Below are positions 48,310 to 55,886 of a stretch of DNA of 64,000 nt, piece by piece. The stretch covers positions 25,983 to 89,982 of the forward strand of contig VMFS01000003.1 of assembly GCA_007376185.1 (NCBI GenBank), written 5' to 3'. The stretch comes from Parcubacteria group bacterium Gr01-1014_30. Its GTDB lineage: Bacteria > Patescibacteriota > Minisyncoccia > Minisyncoccales > 2-12-FULL-40-12. The notes below the pieces were generated by a model. It made no database searches. It was not told the origin of the DNA and was given only the letters and a program-made list of their open reading frames with translations. The position numbers and the translations under genes were made by a program. The stretch's first letter is position 1. Each line of letters opens with the position of its first letter.

Positions 48310-50461
48310 AGAAAAATTAGAGAGAATATGTCTTACCATTATTGAGTGGGGTGTTTATTTGGCCTTGTTTTCGCCTTTGATTTTTATCAGGAATTATTTT
48401 TTCCCTTTTGTTGCCCCCAAGACGATTTTTTTCCGTCTCATTATTGACGTTGTTTTCATTGCCTACCTGATATTGGCGGTTTCAATTCCAAAATATCGCC
48501 CTAAAATAACTCCCTTGTCTTTGGCAATCGCCGCCTTTTTAGCGATATTCTTTTTAACCGCAATTTTCGGAGTGAGCTTTCAGAGGAGTTTTTGGAGCGT
48601 TTTTGAAAGAATGACCGGACTTTTAACCTTCTTGCACCTTTTCGCTTTTTACGTTGTTTTGACGGCAGTTTTTACAGAAAGAAAGCAGTGGGAAAAGATT
48701 TTATTTGTTTCAATCGTAGCAGCCCTTGTTATTTGTTTTTACGCTTTGCTCGCAAAAGACCCTTTGACTCGCGGCGGAGGGACTTTGGGCAACTCGTCTT
48801 TTCTTTCCTCTTACCTTCTTTTTAACATCTTCTTTGCCGCAATTTTGATGGTGTCAAAAGCCGGCCTCTGGAGAGTTGTTTCAGGGGTGGCTCTGGCTAT
48901 TTTCTTGTTTGTTTTGTTCTTTAACCCGGTTACCGTTACCAAGGGAGTTGTTTCTGCCCTTCTCATAGGAGCGGTTTTGCTTGGAACAGGATATATGTTT
49001 TTTTCGCAAAACAGACTTCTGAAAAAACTGGCTGCACCCTTTTTTATTTTGATGGTTGTCGCGGGAGTACTTATCGTCAAGAGTTACCATTTTCAAGACA
49101 GACCTTTTAATTTATTGCAAATTCCCGACAGGTCACGGCAAATTGTCTGGAGTGTTGGTTGGCAGGCCTGGCAGGAAAGGTTTTGGTTTGGCTGGGGTTG
49201 GGAAAACTTCAACGTTCCCTTCGCCAAACACTACGACCCCGAACTTCCCCGGACCGCCGACATCTGGTACGACCGAGTTCACAACGTTGTCTTGGACATG
49301 GGTGTAAGTTCTGGAGTTGTTGGACTGTTAAGTTATTTATCAATCTTTTTCTTTGCTGCTTTAGGGTTGTTAAGACGCGCCAAAGCTGATGCCAGAGGCA
49401 ACTTTGTTCCGTTGGCTCTGGTTGCCTTACTTATTGCTTATTTTCTGCAAAACCTTTGGGTTTTTGACATGATTTCAAGCTACCTAATGTTTTTCTTAGC
49501 GCTGGCTTTCATAGGTTTTATGATTTCTTCTCAGGAAACAGACCAAACCAAGCTCAAAACTGTTCCGCTGTCGCCGTTTGTCGCGGCTGTTCTAATAATT
49601 TTGACTGTATTTGTTTTTTTTATCGGGAATATTCAGCCAGCCAGAGCTTCAAAAGCAATTCTAAGGGGGCTTGCCTTGCCTTTGGAGCAGTCCCTGCCCG
49701 CTTTTCAGAGCGCGTTTAAATTATCTCCGATGGTGAAGTTTGAAGGGCCCGAACAACTATCTTTTAGAATTACTGGCTTACTTTCTCAAGACAATCTAAA
49801 TAAAGAGCTGCTTCGCCAAGGGCTCCAGCTGGCAGAGCAAGAATTTAAAAAAGCTATTGAAAGGAACCCTTCAGACTTCAGAATGTATTTATTTTTGGGC
49901 AGGCATTACAATTATTTTTACTCTTTTGACAACGACCAAAAAAAGTTGGACAAAGCCGATGAATCTTTGATGAGAGCTATGGAGTTGAGCCCCGCAAACC
50001 AGCAGGTCTATCTTAACTTCGCGCAATTGCGGTTTTTGCAGGGCAGGGATGAGGAAGCCCTTGATTTTTTGAAAAAAGCAAGGGATTTAGAACCCCTATT
50101 TTTCGGAGTCAGATGGCACTTGCTTCGCGGTTACAAACTGGCCGGAAAATACGACTTGGCCTTAGCCGAGTTAAAAGAATTAGAGTTAGCTGGCCTTGAT
50201 TGGTGGGAGATCTTGGAAACTTTGAGAGAAGGCATAGAAATTCTTGAAAAAACTGGAGAGGAGCTTTCAGTTTTGGTTCCGCTTTACGAAAAAGGCGTCC
50301 AACTGAACCCTCAAGACATCGCTTTGTGGGAGAAGTTGGTTAATGGCTATATTGGTCTGGGCGAAGTAGAAAAGGCGAAAACAGCTGCGGAAAAATTGCG
50401 CGAGATAAGACCGGAATTTGCGCCTCAAGTTGAACAGCTCTTGAAACAGATGGGGTTTTAG
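48290..50461 (+). CDS. O-antigen ligase (Wzy_C)-family membrane protein with C-terminal TPRs
   Basis: GTLGN; GWGWENF; YDRVHN; TPR-like repeats; paralog of 1-2145. Confidence 0.85.
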   Translation: MPFSPTKEKLERICLTIIEWGVYLALFSPLIFIRNYFFPFVAPKTIFFRLIIDVVFIAYLILAVSIPKYRPKITPLSLAIAAFLAIFFLTAIFGVSFQRSFWSVFERMTGLLTFLHLFAFYVVLTAVFTERKQWEKILFVSIVAALVICFYALLAKDPLTRGGGTLGNSSFLSSYLLFNIFFAAILMVSKAGLWRVVSGVALAIFLFVLFFNPVTVTKGVVSALLIGAVLLGTGYMFFSQNRLLKKLAAPFFILMVVAGVLIVKSYHFQDRPFNLLQIPDRSRQIVWSVGWQAWQERFWFGWGWENFNVPFAKHYDPELPRTADIWYDRVHNVVLDMGVSSGVVGLLSYLSIFFFAALGLLRRAKADARGNFVPLALVALLIAYFLQNLWVFDMISSYLMFFLALAFIGFMISSQETDQTKLKTVPLSPFVAAVLIILTVFVFFIGNIQPARASKAILRGLALPLEQSLPAFQSAFKLSPMVKFEGPEQLSFRITGLLSQDNLNKELLRQGLQLAEQEFKKAIERNPSDFRMYLFLGRHYNYFYSFDNDQKKLDKADESLMRAMELSPANQQVYLNFAQLRFLQGRDEEALDFLKKARDLEPLFFGVRWHLLRGYKLAGKYDLALAELKELELAGLDWWEILETLREGIEILEKTGEELSVLVPLYEKGVQLNPQDIALWEKLVNGYIGLGEVEKAKTAAEKLREIRPEFAPQVEQLLKQMGF

Positions 50462-50471
50462 AAAATACTTG

Positions 50472-50779
50472 ACCCCGCCCTTGAAAAGCTCCTCTTCTTT
50501 CTGTATGCACTACGTCTATGTTTTGAGAATGAACAACAAAAGAGCATATATTGGTTTCACCACTGACCTTAGAAAAAGAGTTCAAGAACATAAAACAGGC
50601 AAAGTATTTACAACTAGCAAATATCTCCCAGTTCGTCTTGTCTACTACGAATGCTACCTATCTAGGGATGATGCAGAAAGAAGAGAAAGAATGCTCAAAC
50701 GATATGGCAGCACGTGGTCTCATTTGATGCGGAGAATAACAAAAAGTTTCAGAGTATAAGAGCTTTTCAAGGGCGGGGT
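50472..50779. mobile_element. Inverted-repeat-bounded GIY-YIG mini-element
   Basis: Perfect 20-bp IRs ACCCCGCCCTTGAAAAGCTC (50472-50491) / GAGCTTTTCAAGGGCGGGGT (50760-50779); TTGAC at 50469-73 and 50779-83. Confidence 0.75.
50505..50759 (+). CDS. Short GIY-YIG nuclease (84 aa)
   Basis: YVYVL...YIGFTTDLRKRVQEH...LVYYE...AERRERMLK. Confidence 0.88.
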   Translation: MHYVYVLRMNNKRAYIGFTTDLRKRVQEHKTGKVFTTSKYLPVRLVYYECYLSRDDAERRERMLKRYGSTWSHLMRRITKSFRV

Positions 50780-50807
50780 TGACAAATTCATTTCTTTTTG
50801 CTAAGCT
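50779..50807 (+). promoter_or_regulatory. sigma70 promoter
   Basis: TTGACA-N17-TAAGCT with TG extension. Confidence 0.7.
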
Positions 50808-50812
50808 ACTAT

Positions 50813-50971
50813 AGTGAGTGCCCCCGTCCTCTAGGCTGTTTATTATCTTTTTTAGACAATCAGTCACTCAGAAACAAGAATGATTTATGAGGACATTATA
50901 TACGGCATAGAGGGCGGGGAACTTCGCTAAGTCGACGACAGGCTTTCCTCGAGCAAAGCCTGTCGTTTTTT
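50813..50971 (+). ncRNA. Candidate about 160-nt rod-shaped sRNA
   Basis: Promoter upstream; long irregular hairpin 50813-50928; intrinsic terminator 50934-50971; no convincing ORF. Confidence 0.5.
50934..50971 (+). terminator. Intrinsic terminator
   Basis: GACGACAGGCTTT...AAAGCCTGTCGTT followed by a T-run. Confidence 0.75.
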
Positions 50972-51105
50972 ATTGAGATATGAGGACTTCATATTTTGAG
51001 AGGCAAAATGAGTATATTTACATCCCTGATTTAAGAACCTATGCCAACGCATAAACTCACCCCACTCTGCTACTCACTATATTTATACCCACTGCCCACT
51101 GGCTA

Positions 51106-51184
51106 TTGACAGCTTATGAGGGTTTGCTATACTGACAATGTGATGACACTCTGGAGTATCCGCAAGGATAGCTCCAGATTTTTT
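51106..51184 (+). ncRNA. Promoter plus candidate about 45-nt hairpin RNA, convergent with the NYN gene
   Basis: TTGACA(51106)-N16-TATACT(51128) with TG; CTGGAGTATCC-GCAA-GGATAGCTCCAG then TTTTTT. Confidence 0.5.
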
Positions 51185-51654
51185 ATTTCTGGCTTATTTC
51201 AGCTTTGAGCTTGCGTAAATCAATGAATTTGGCTCATAATCCGCTTGCCTGCTTTCTTTATTCGGTCAATCGGCACAGCAAAATCACTGTCTCCTGACGA
51301 AAGTACTGCTGTATCATATTTCTCTTTTGTGTCATCCATTTCAAAAGCAAGCTCCATATCCAAATTACCTTTCCACTCCTCTTTGCCGCTTTTTCGGTCT
51401 TTAATCCTTTTTACTACTTTTGTCCTCAAGATATAGCCGTTTATCTCAAGCATATCTAAAAATTTCCTCTGTCCCGTATTGAATTCGTCCACGCCTTTGT
51501 AGATAAAACACTTCGTCTCATCGCCACACTCTTTTTTAAGGTAGCTCATCAGTTTTTGATACGATATTTTCCAACCCAAAGTTCGCTGGGAATAAAATAC
51601 ATTTTCGGCGTCTATAAAAACATAAACCCTGTCTTTCACAAATTGGTGTAGCAT
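51183..51654 (-). pseudogene. NYN-domain (LabA/DUF88, PIN-like) protein with internal deletion/frameshift
   Basis: FIDAEN; KGNLDMELAFE; SGDSDF; likely C-terminus AKFIDLRKLKAEISQK* continues in another frame. Confidence 0.75.
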
Positions 51655-51690
51655 AGAACTATTTTTTACTTTATCAGATTTTCGTAATTT

Positions 51691-51948
51691 TTGTCACCTA
51701 TTTTCTTGCAAGACAGATTAAAGTTATCAATCCACCCCGACAAAATCTTCATTAAAACTTTAGCTTCCGGCGTTGACTTCTTGGGCTGGGTTCATTTCCC
51801 GGACCACAGAGTTTTAAGAACAACGACAAAGAGGAGGATGTTCAGAAGAATACAGAAATCACCAGCTCAAGAAACTATAAACTCATACCTTGGCTTAATT
51901 AGATGGGGTAATGCTTGCAAGCTGCGAAATAGAATCTTAGCCGATTAA
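51691..51948 (+). pseudogene. C-terminal fragment of a group II intron/DGR-like reverse transcriptase
   Basis: LKLSIHPDK...GVDFLGW...RVLRTTTKRRM...SYLGL (RT domain 7 and thumb); no YxDD core upstream. Confidence 0.7.
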
Positions 51949-51986
51949 ACCCATTTATTTTTCCCAAGTTTCTGATATAGTATGGT

Positions 51987-52210
51987 TGGGCGACAGGCAG
52001 CACTCACTAAAGACTTAGTATTGGAGTTAACTCTGTCGCCCATTTGTGGTAATACAACTTTCAGAAGACGAAGCCAACTTTCGTCTCCGGAAGTGGTACA
52101 ACCACGTTCCTTGTAAAGATTGGTGCGGGGCAAGCGGGGAAACCTGTGGGTTTCTAGGTCGGGAGTTTCCGCTCCGCGGAAAACTCTCGCGACCCGACCG
52201 ACCCCCTTCC
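51987..52210. repeat. Cluster of three structured hairpin elements upstream of murB
   Basis: TGGGCGACAG/CTGTCGCCCA; GTGGTAATACAACTTTC...GGAAGTGGTACAACCAC; GGTCGG-GAGTTTCCGC/GCGGAAAACTC-CCGACC. Confidence 0.65.
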
Positions 52211-52213
52211 GAT

Positions 52214-53173
52214 ATGGCGCTTTTGTTCAAAAAGAAAGTTTTACTAAAAAACCACACCACTTTTCGCATCGGCGGGCCGGCCAAGTGTTTTTACGAAGCG
52301 AAAACGGCAAAACATTTGATTGCCGCCTTGAGAAAAGCCAGAGAGTTGAAGTTGCCTTTTTTTGTTTTGGGTGAAGGCAGCAACCTTTTGGTTTCCGACA
52401 AGGGCTTTAACGGTTTGGTTGTTAAGATTCAAGATTCAAGATTCAAGATTCAAGATTCTTATCTTTGGGCGGCATCGGGCGTTTCTCTTTCAACTTTGGT
52501 GAGAGAAACCGGAAAACGAGGCCTTTCCGGCCTTGAGTGGGCTGGCGGTTTGCCAGGAACCTTTGGCGGAGCTGTTTTTGGGAACGCCGGCGCTTTTGGC
52601 GGAGAAACCAAAGACAATATTATTTGGGTTGAGGCCTTGGACCCCCACACCAATTTTGGTATGGGGGCGAGCAAAAACCTTAAAGTGAAGCGGTTTACTA
52701 AAGCGCAGTGCAAGTTTGGGTACAGAACTTCAATTTTTAAGGAGCGGGGATGGCTTGTGCTGTCTGCGTTGCTTTCGCTCAAAAGAGGAGACAAAAAGGC
52801 AATTCAAGGCGTAGCTTTAGCTCACATAAAACAGCGGAAAGAAAGGGGCCCTCTGGAATATCCCAACGCAGGCAGTATTTTTAAGAACTGCAAGGTGACT
52901 GGCGTGCCAAAAAAAGTTGCGGGAATGTTTAAAGGAGTTATAAAAGAAGACCCGTTTCCGGTTATTCCAACGGCCGCCATTATAGCCAAAACTCCGGGCC
53001 TAATGGGAATTAAAATAGGCGGAGCCCAAGTTTCCAAGAAGCATCCAAATTTCATCATAAACACTGGCGGAGCTAAAGCGATTGACGTGTTGTCGCTGAT
53101 AAACTTGGTGAAAAGAAAAGTGAAAAAAAGTTTCGGGGTGGACATAGCAGAAGAAATACGCTATATTGAGTAA
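52214..53173 (+). CDS. murB: UDP-N-acetylenolpyruvoylglucosamine reductase
   Basis: HTTFRIGGPA; GEGSNLLVSD; GLPGTFGGA..NAGAFG; FGYRTS; NAGSIFKN; KHPNFIIN. Confidence 0.92.
   Translation: MALLFKKKVLLKNHTTFRIGGPAKCFYEAKTAKHLIAALRKARELKLPFFVLGEGSNLLVSDKGFNGLVVKIQDSRFKIQDSYLWAASGVSLSTLVRETGKRGLSGLEWAGGLPGTFGGAVFGNAGAFGGETKDNIIWVEALDPHTNFGMGASKNLKVKRFTKAQCKFGYRTSIFKERGWLVLSALLSLKRGDKKAIQGVALAHIKQRKERGPLEYPNAGSIFKNCKVTGVPKKVAGMFKGVIKEDPFPVIPTAAIIAKTPGLMGIKIGGAQVSKKHPNFIINTGGAKAIDVLSLINLVKRKVKKSFGVDIAEEIRYIE
52424..52458 (+). repeat. (AAGATTC)5 microsatellite inside murB
   Basis: Five perfect copies; encodes KIQDSRFKIQDS. Confidence 0.92.
52641..52668. repeat. Short CCCCCACACCAA palindrome in frame in murB
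   Basis: ACCCCCACACCAA-TT-TTGGTATGGGGGC; same ends as 2131-2207. Confidence 0.8.
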
Positions 53174-53176
53174 TCA

Positions 53177-53668
53177 ATGAAGGAAGGAAAAAGAAAGCCG
53201 AAAAAATCTAAGAAACGCGCCGCCAAACCGGCAGGGGCGCTTGAAAAGCGCGCCCAAAAAGCTGTTGCGCAAAAGGCGGCCAAATACTTTCAGGCGTTGG
53301 GACGCAGGAAAACATCTGTGGCAAGGGTGCGGCTTTGGACTCGAGGAGATGGGAAGTTTCTTATCAACGGGAAGCCGCTTGAAGCTTATTTTCCGTTAAG
53401 CGAGTTAAGGCAACAGGTTTTAGCGCCTTTGACAGAGATGGGTTCCGAGGACAAATTTACGATTTCCGCGCTGGTCAAAGGGGGTGGTTTTAGAGGGCAG
53501 GCAGAGGCCTTGCGCCATGGCTTGGCCAGAGCTCTTGTTTTTTTCAACGCCGATTTCAGAAAACGTTTGAAAAAGGCAGGATTTTTGACTCGCGACCCAA
53601 GGATGCGCGAAAGGAAAAAGTTCGGATTGAAAAGGGCAAGGAGGGCCCCGCAGTGGGCAAAACGTTAA
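53177..53668 (+). CDS. rpsI: 30S ribosomal protein S9 with Lys-rich N-terminal extension
   Basis: GRRKTSVARV; VKGGG..GQAEALRHG; LTRDPRMRERKKFGLKRARRAPQWAKR. Confidence 0.96.
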   Translation: MKEGKRKPKKSKKRAAKPAGALEKRAQKAVAQKAAKYFQALGRRKTSVARVRLWTRGDGKFLINGKPLEAYFPLSELRQQVLAPLTEMGSEDKFTISALVKGGGFRGQAEALRHGLARALVFFNADFRKRLKKAGFLTRDPRMRERKKFGLKRARRAPQWAKR

Positions 53669-53677
53669 ATTGCGTTC

Positions 53678-53738
53678 GGCAACGAACCCCGCCCTCTAAG
53701 CAGCGAAAATATAAAGCATAGAGGGCGGGGTTGTTGCC
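53678..53738. terminator. Long hairpin after rpsI with ACCCCGCCCT...AGGGCGGGGT ends
   Basis: GGCAAC-AACCCCGCCCTCTA / TAGAGGGCGGGGTT-GTTGCC. Confidence 0.6.
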
Positions 53739-53753
53739 TCACTTAAACTTAAC

Positions 53754-54443
53754 ATGTTGAAGGAACTCATAGACAAATTTTATTTGGACAGGCAAAAGGA
53801 TAGAGAACAGAAGCATTTTTACATTACCGACGCCGGAAAGTGCGGCCGGGCCGTGTTTTTCAAGTTCAAAAACGCGCCGCGCAGAGAACTTGACGCCAAC
53901 ATTCTGCGTCTTTTTGACCACGGCGACCATATACATCAGCTCATTATGAAGCCGCTTTTGAGTACGAGGGACATTCACGTGGTGGCTTCAGAAGTCAACA
54001 TTCCTCCTCAAGAACTGATATCTGGAAGAGCGGACGCCATCTTGTCAGACGGCTCCGACTTGTACGTGCTGGATATTAAAAGCATGAACAGCATGGTTTT
54101 CAGAAACCTGCAAACTCCCAAGGAAGAAAACGTTGACCAGATCCAACTTTACCTGCACTACTTCAAAATACCCAAAGGCATTTTGCTTTATGTTAACAAA
54201 GACAATCAGGACTTAAAAGAGTTCTTGGTGAACTATGACAAAGCCCGGGCGTTAAAGTTGCTGAACGCTCTGGCCGAACTCAAGAAAAAAATTGACTCAA
54301 ACCTGATTCCCGACCGCCTTGAAGACTACCCCAATAACTGGCAGTGTCAGTACTGCCCTTTTAGGACTGTCTGCGACCAAGCCGGTCCCGGGGAGGTTTC
54401 TTGGGAAGAGTTTAAAGCAAAAGTTCAGGGCTCAGGGGATTAG
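53754..54443 (+). CDS. Solo Cas4-like PD-(D/E)XK nuclease
   Basis: N-terminal Cys (KCGR); GDHIH; GRADAI; VLDIKS; QIQLY; CQYCPFRTVC Fe-S motif. Confidence 0.8.
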   Translation: MLKELIDKFYLDRQKDREQKHFYITDAGKCGRAVFFKFKNAPRRELDANILRLFDHGDHIHQLIMKPLLSTRDIHVVASEVNIPPQELISGRADAILSDGSDLYVLDIKSMNSMVFRNLQTPKEENVDQIQLYLHYFKIPKGILLYVNKDNQDLKEFLVNYDKARALKLLNALAELKKKIDSNLIPDRLEDYPNNWQCQYCPFRTVCDQAGPGEVSWEEFKAKVQGSGD

Positions 54444-55307
54444 GGCCGAGGATGCGTATAGGTTTCCTTCACTCAGGACGTAGAGACGTTTGTTTTCGTG
54501 GCTGAAGAATATTTTTGGCTCTGCGAACTCGGCCAAGTCAACGATGTTTAGCCCTTCACGGTCGTCAATTTCGGCGACTTTTATTTTTTCTCCGACCGAA
54601 AAAACCAAATAGTAATCGTCCATCCAAAAAACGTCAGAGACCTTTTGGGCAAAACGAGCCACAAGTACTTTATCTCCAGGGTACCTGCGCGGTTGTCCCA
54701 GTTCTTCTTTCAGGAACAGCACCCATATTTCAGAGTTTGAAAAGTAGAGCAGTTTTTTGGCATCTGGAGAGAGTTTAGCGCCTTTTGCTTCTTCAAATAA
54801 ATTTTCAAAGGAGCCGGCGGCCTCATCAAATAAGTACAGAACTTGCGTTTCTTCGTCAATGTAATAATCTATTTTGACCGAGTTTTCGGACGATGTTACT
54901 GCCGAAGGCGGCATTTTTGCAGCGTTTTGGGCCAGTTCCTCAAAAGCTGGATTTTTAGGCAGTAAAATGACGTTTTTGGCGTCGGTTACCTGTTTTTGGA
55001 CAACCTGTAAAGTTTTTTTCCAGGAGTGATAGTCATCTTTGCGGATTTCCACGTCGTAGTTTTTGGGAATTAAGTTGTAAATGTAGGCGGCTCCGAAAAA
55101 AGGGTCGGTTCTTTTAACAAGCTTGCCGTCCAAAAAAATCTGCGCGTTTCTTGGCCAACCTTTAAAGTAAAAACCGCCGGTTTGGGTTATTTTTTTGTTT
55201 TCAAGATCAATGCGGTATCCCAAAGAGTAGCCAATGACCAGGGGAGTTATTACTGTGAAAATAATTGCGAGGGACATTATTAAGATTACGCGAGTTTTTT
55301 TGGCCAT
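54432..55307 (-). CDS. PEGA-domain membrane-anchored protein
   Basis: N-terminal TM; GYRID...TGG...PRNAQIFLDG...YDVEIRKDDYHSWKK. Confidence 0.7.
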   Translation of the reverse strand: MAKKTRVILIMSLAIIFTVITPLVIGYSLGYRIDLENKKITQTGGFYFKGWPRNAQIFLDGKLVKRTDPFFGAAYIYNLIPKNYDVEIRKDDYHSWKKTLQVVQKQVTDAKNVILLPKNPAFEELAQNAAKMPPSAVTSSENSVKIDYYIDEETQVLYLFDEAAGSFENLFEEAKGAKLSPDAKKLLYFSNSEIWVLFLKEELGQPRRYPGDKVLVARFAQKVSDVFWMDDYYLVFSVGEKIKVAEIDDREGLNIVDLAEFAEPKIFFSHENKRLYVLSEGNLYASSALIP

Positions 55308-55439
55308 AACAATGTGATTTTACCCCGTTAGAAAGGTATTTTTCAAGTCCGCAGTGATAATTCGTTTTATGGCGAAGCCGACTTGCGTCTCTGAAAGAGG
55401 CATTACCACTTTGTTGAAAAGGAAAGGTGCGGTGTATTG

Positions 55440-55511
55440 ACCCCGTAATACAACTTTCGGCGCGCTAAAGCGCAAAATCGCCGAAGGCGACCGAAAGATG
55501 ATATACGAGGT
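55440..55511. repeat. ACCCCGTAATACAAC-family element, copy 2
   Basis: Same outer stem with different inner hairpins; GTATTGAC at 55434-41 and 55510-17. Confidence 0.9.
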
Positions 55512-55574
55512 ATTGACTTAAATTTTGTGGTATAATAAGACAAAGGTCGAGTTTTTAAACCGGAATAAACTAAG

Positions 55575-55811
55575 ATGAACGCTTTACACATAGTTGCTTT
55601 TACCCTTTTAGTGGTTGGCGGTTTGAACTGGCTGCTGGTTGGGTTGGTTGGTTGGGATGTGGGCGCGTTATTTGGCGGCCAAGGGGCAGCAGTTTCAAGA
55701 GTCATTTACATATTAGTGGGACTTGCAGCCATCTTTGAGGCCGCAACTCATGGTTCAACGTGCAAGGCCTGTTCAGGTATGATGAAAGGGCAAAGTCAGC
55801 CCATGGCTTGA
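55575..55811 (+). CDS. DUF378-family small membrane protein
   Basis: LLVVGGLNWLLVGL...VIYILVGLAA. Confidence 0.85.
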   Translation: MNALHIVAFTLLVVGGLNWLLVGLVGWDVGALFGGQGAAVSRVIYILVGLAAIFEAATHGSTCKACSGMMKGQSQPMA

Positions 55812-55837
55812 GTTTGTTGATAAGCAAGTGAATGATG

Positions 55838-55863
55838 GCCCCGTATACCGTTTATACGGGGCT
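55838..55863. terminator. Short hairpin GCCCCGTATA/TATACGGGGC
   Basis: Palindrome after DUF378; resembles the outer stem of the ACCCCGTA family. Confidence 0.55.
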
Positions 55864-55886
55864 TTGATTAAAGGTATACAAAAGAT

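Noticed and set aside
51691..51948. Active DGR, retron or group II intron
   Set aside because: The RT lacks its catalytic core; no TR/VR pair, msr-msd or intron domain V was recognised.
52046..52213. N-terminal extension of MurB
   Set aside because: It is translated palindromic DNA; MurB similarity starts near ATG 52214.
53754..54443. CRISPR-Cas system around the Cas4-like gene
   Set aside because: No repeat-spacer array and no other cas genes in the window.
55322..55439. Full palindromic element starting ACCCCGTTAGAAA
   Set aside because: No complementary right arm found nearby; at most a remnant.
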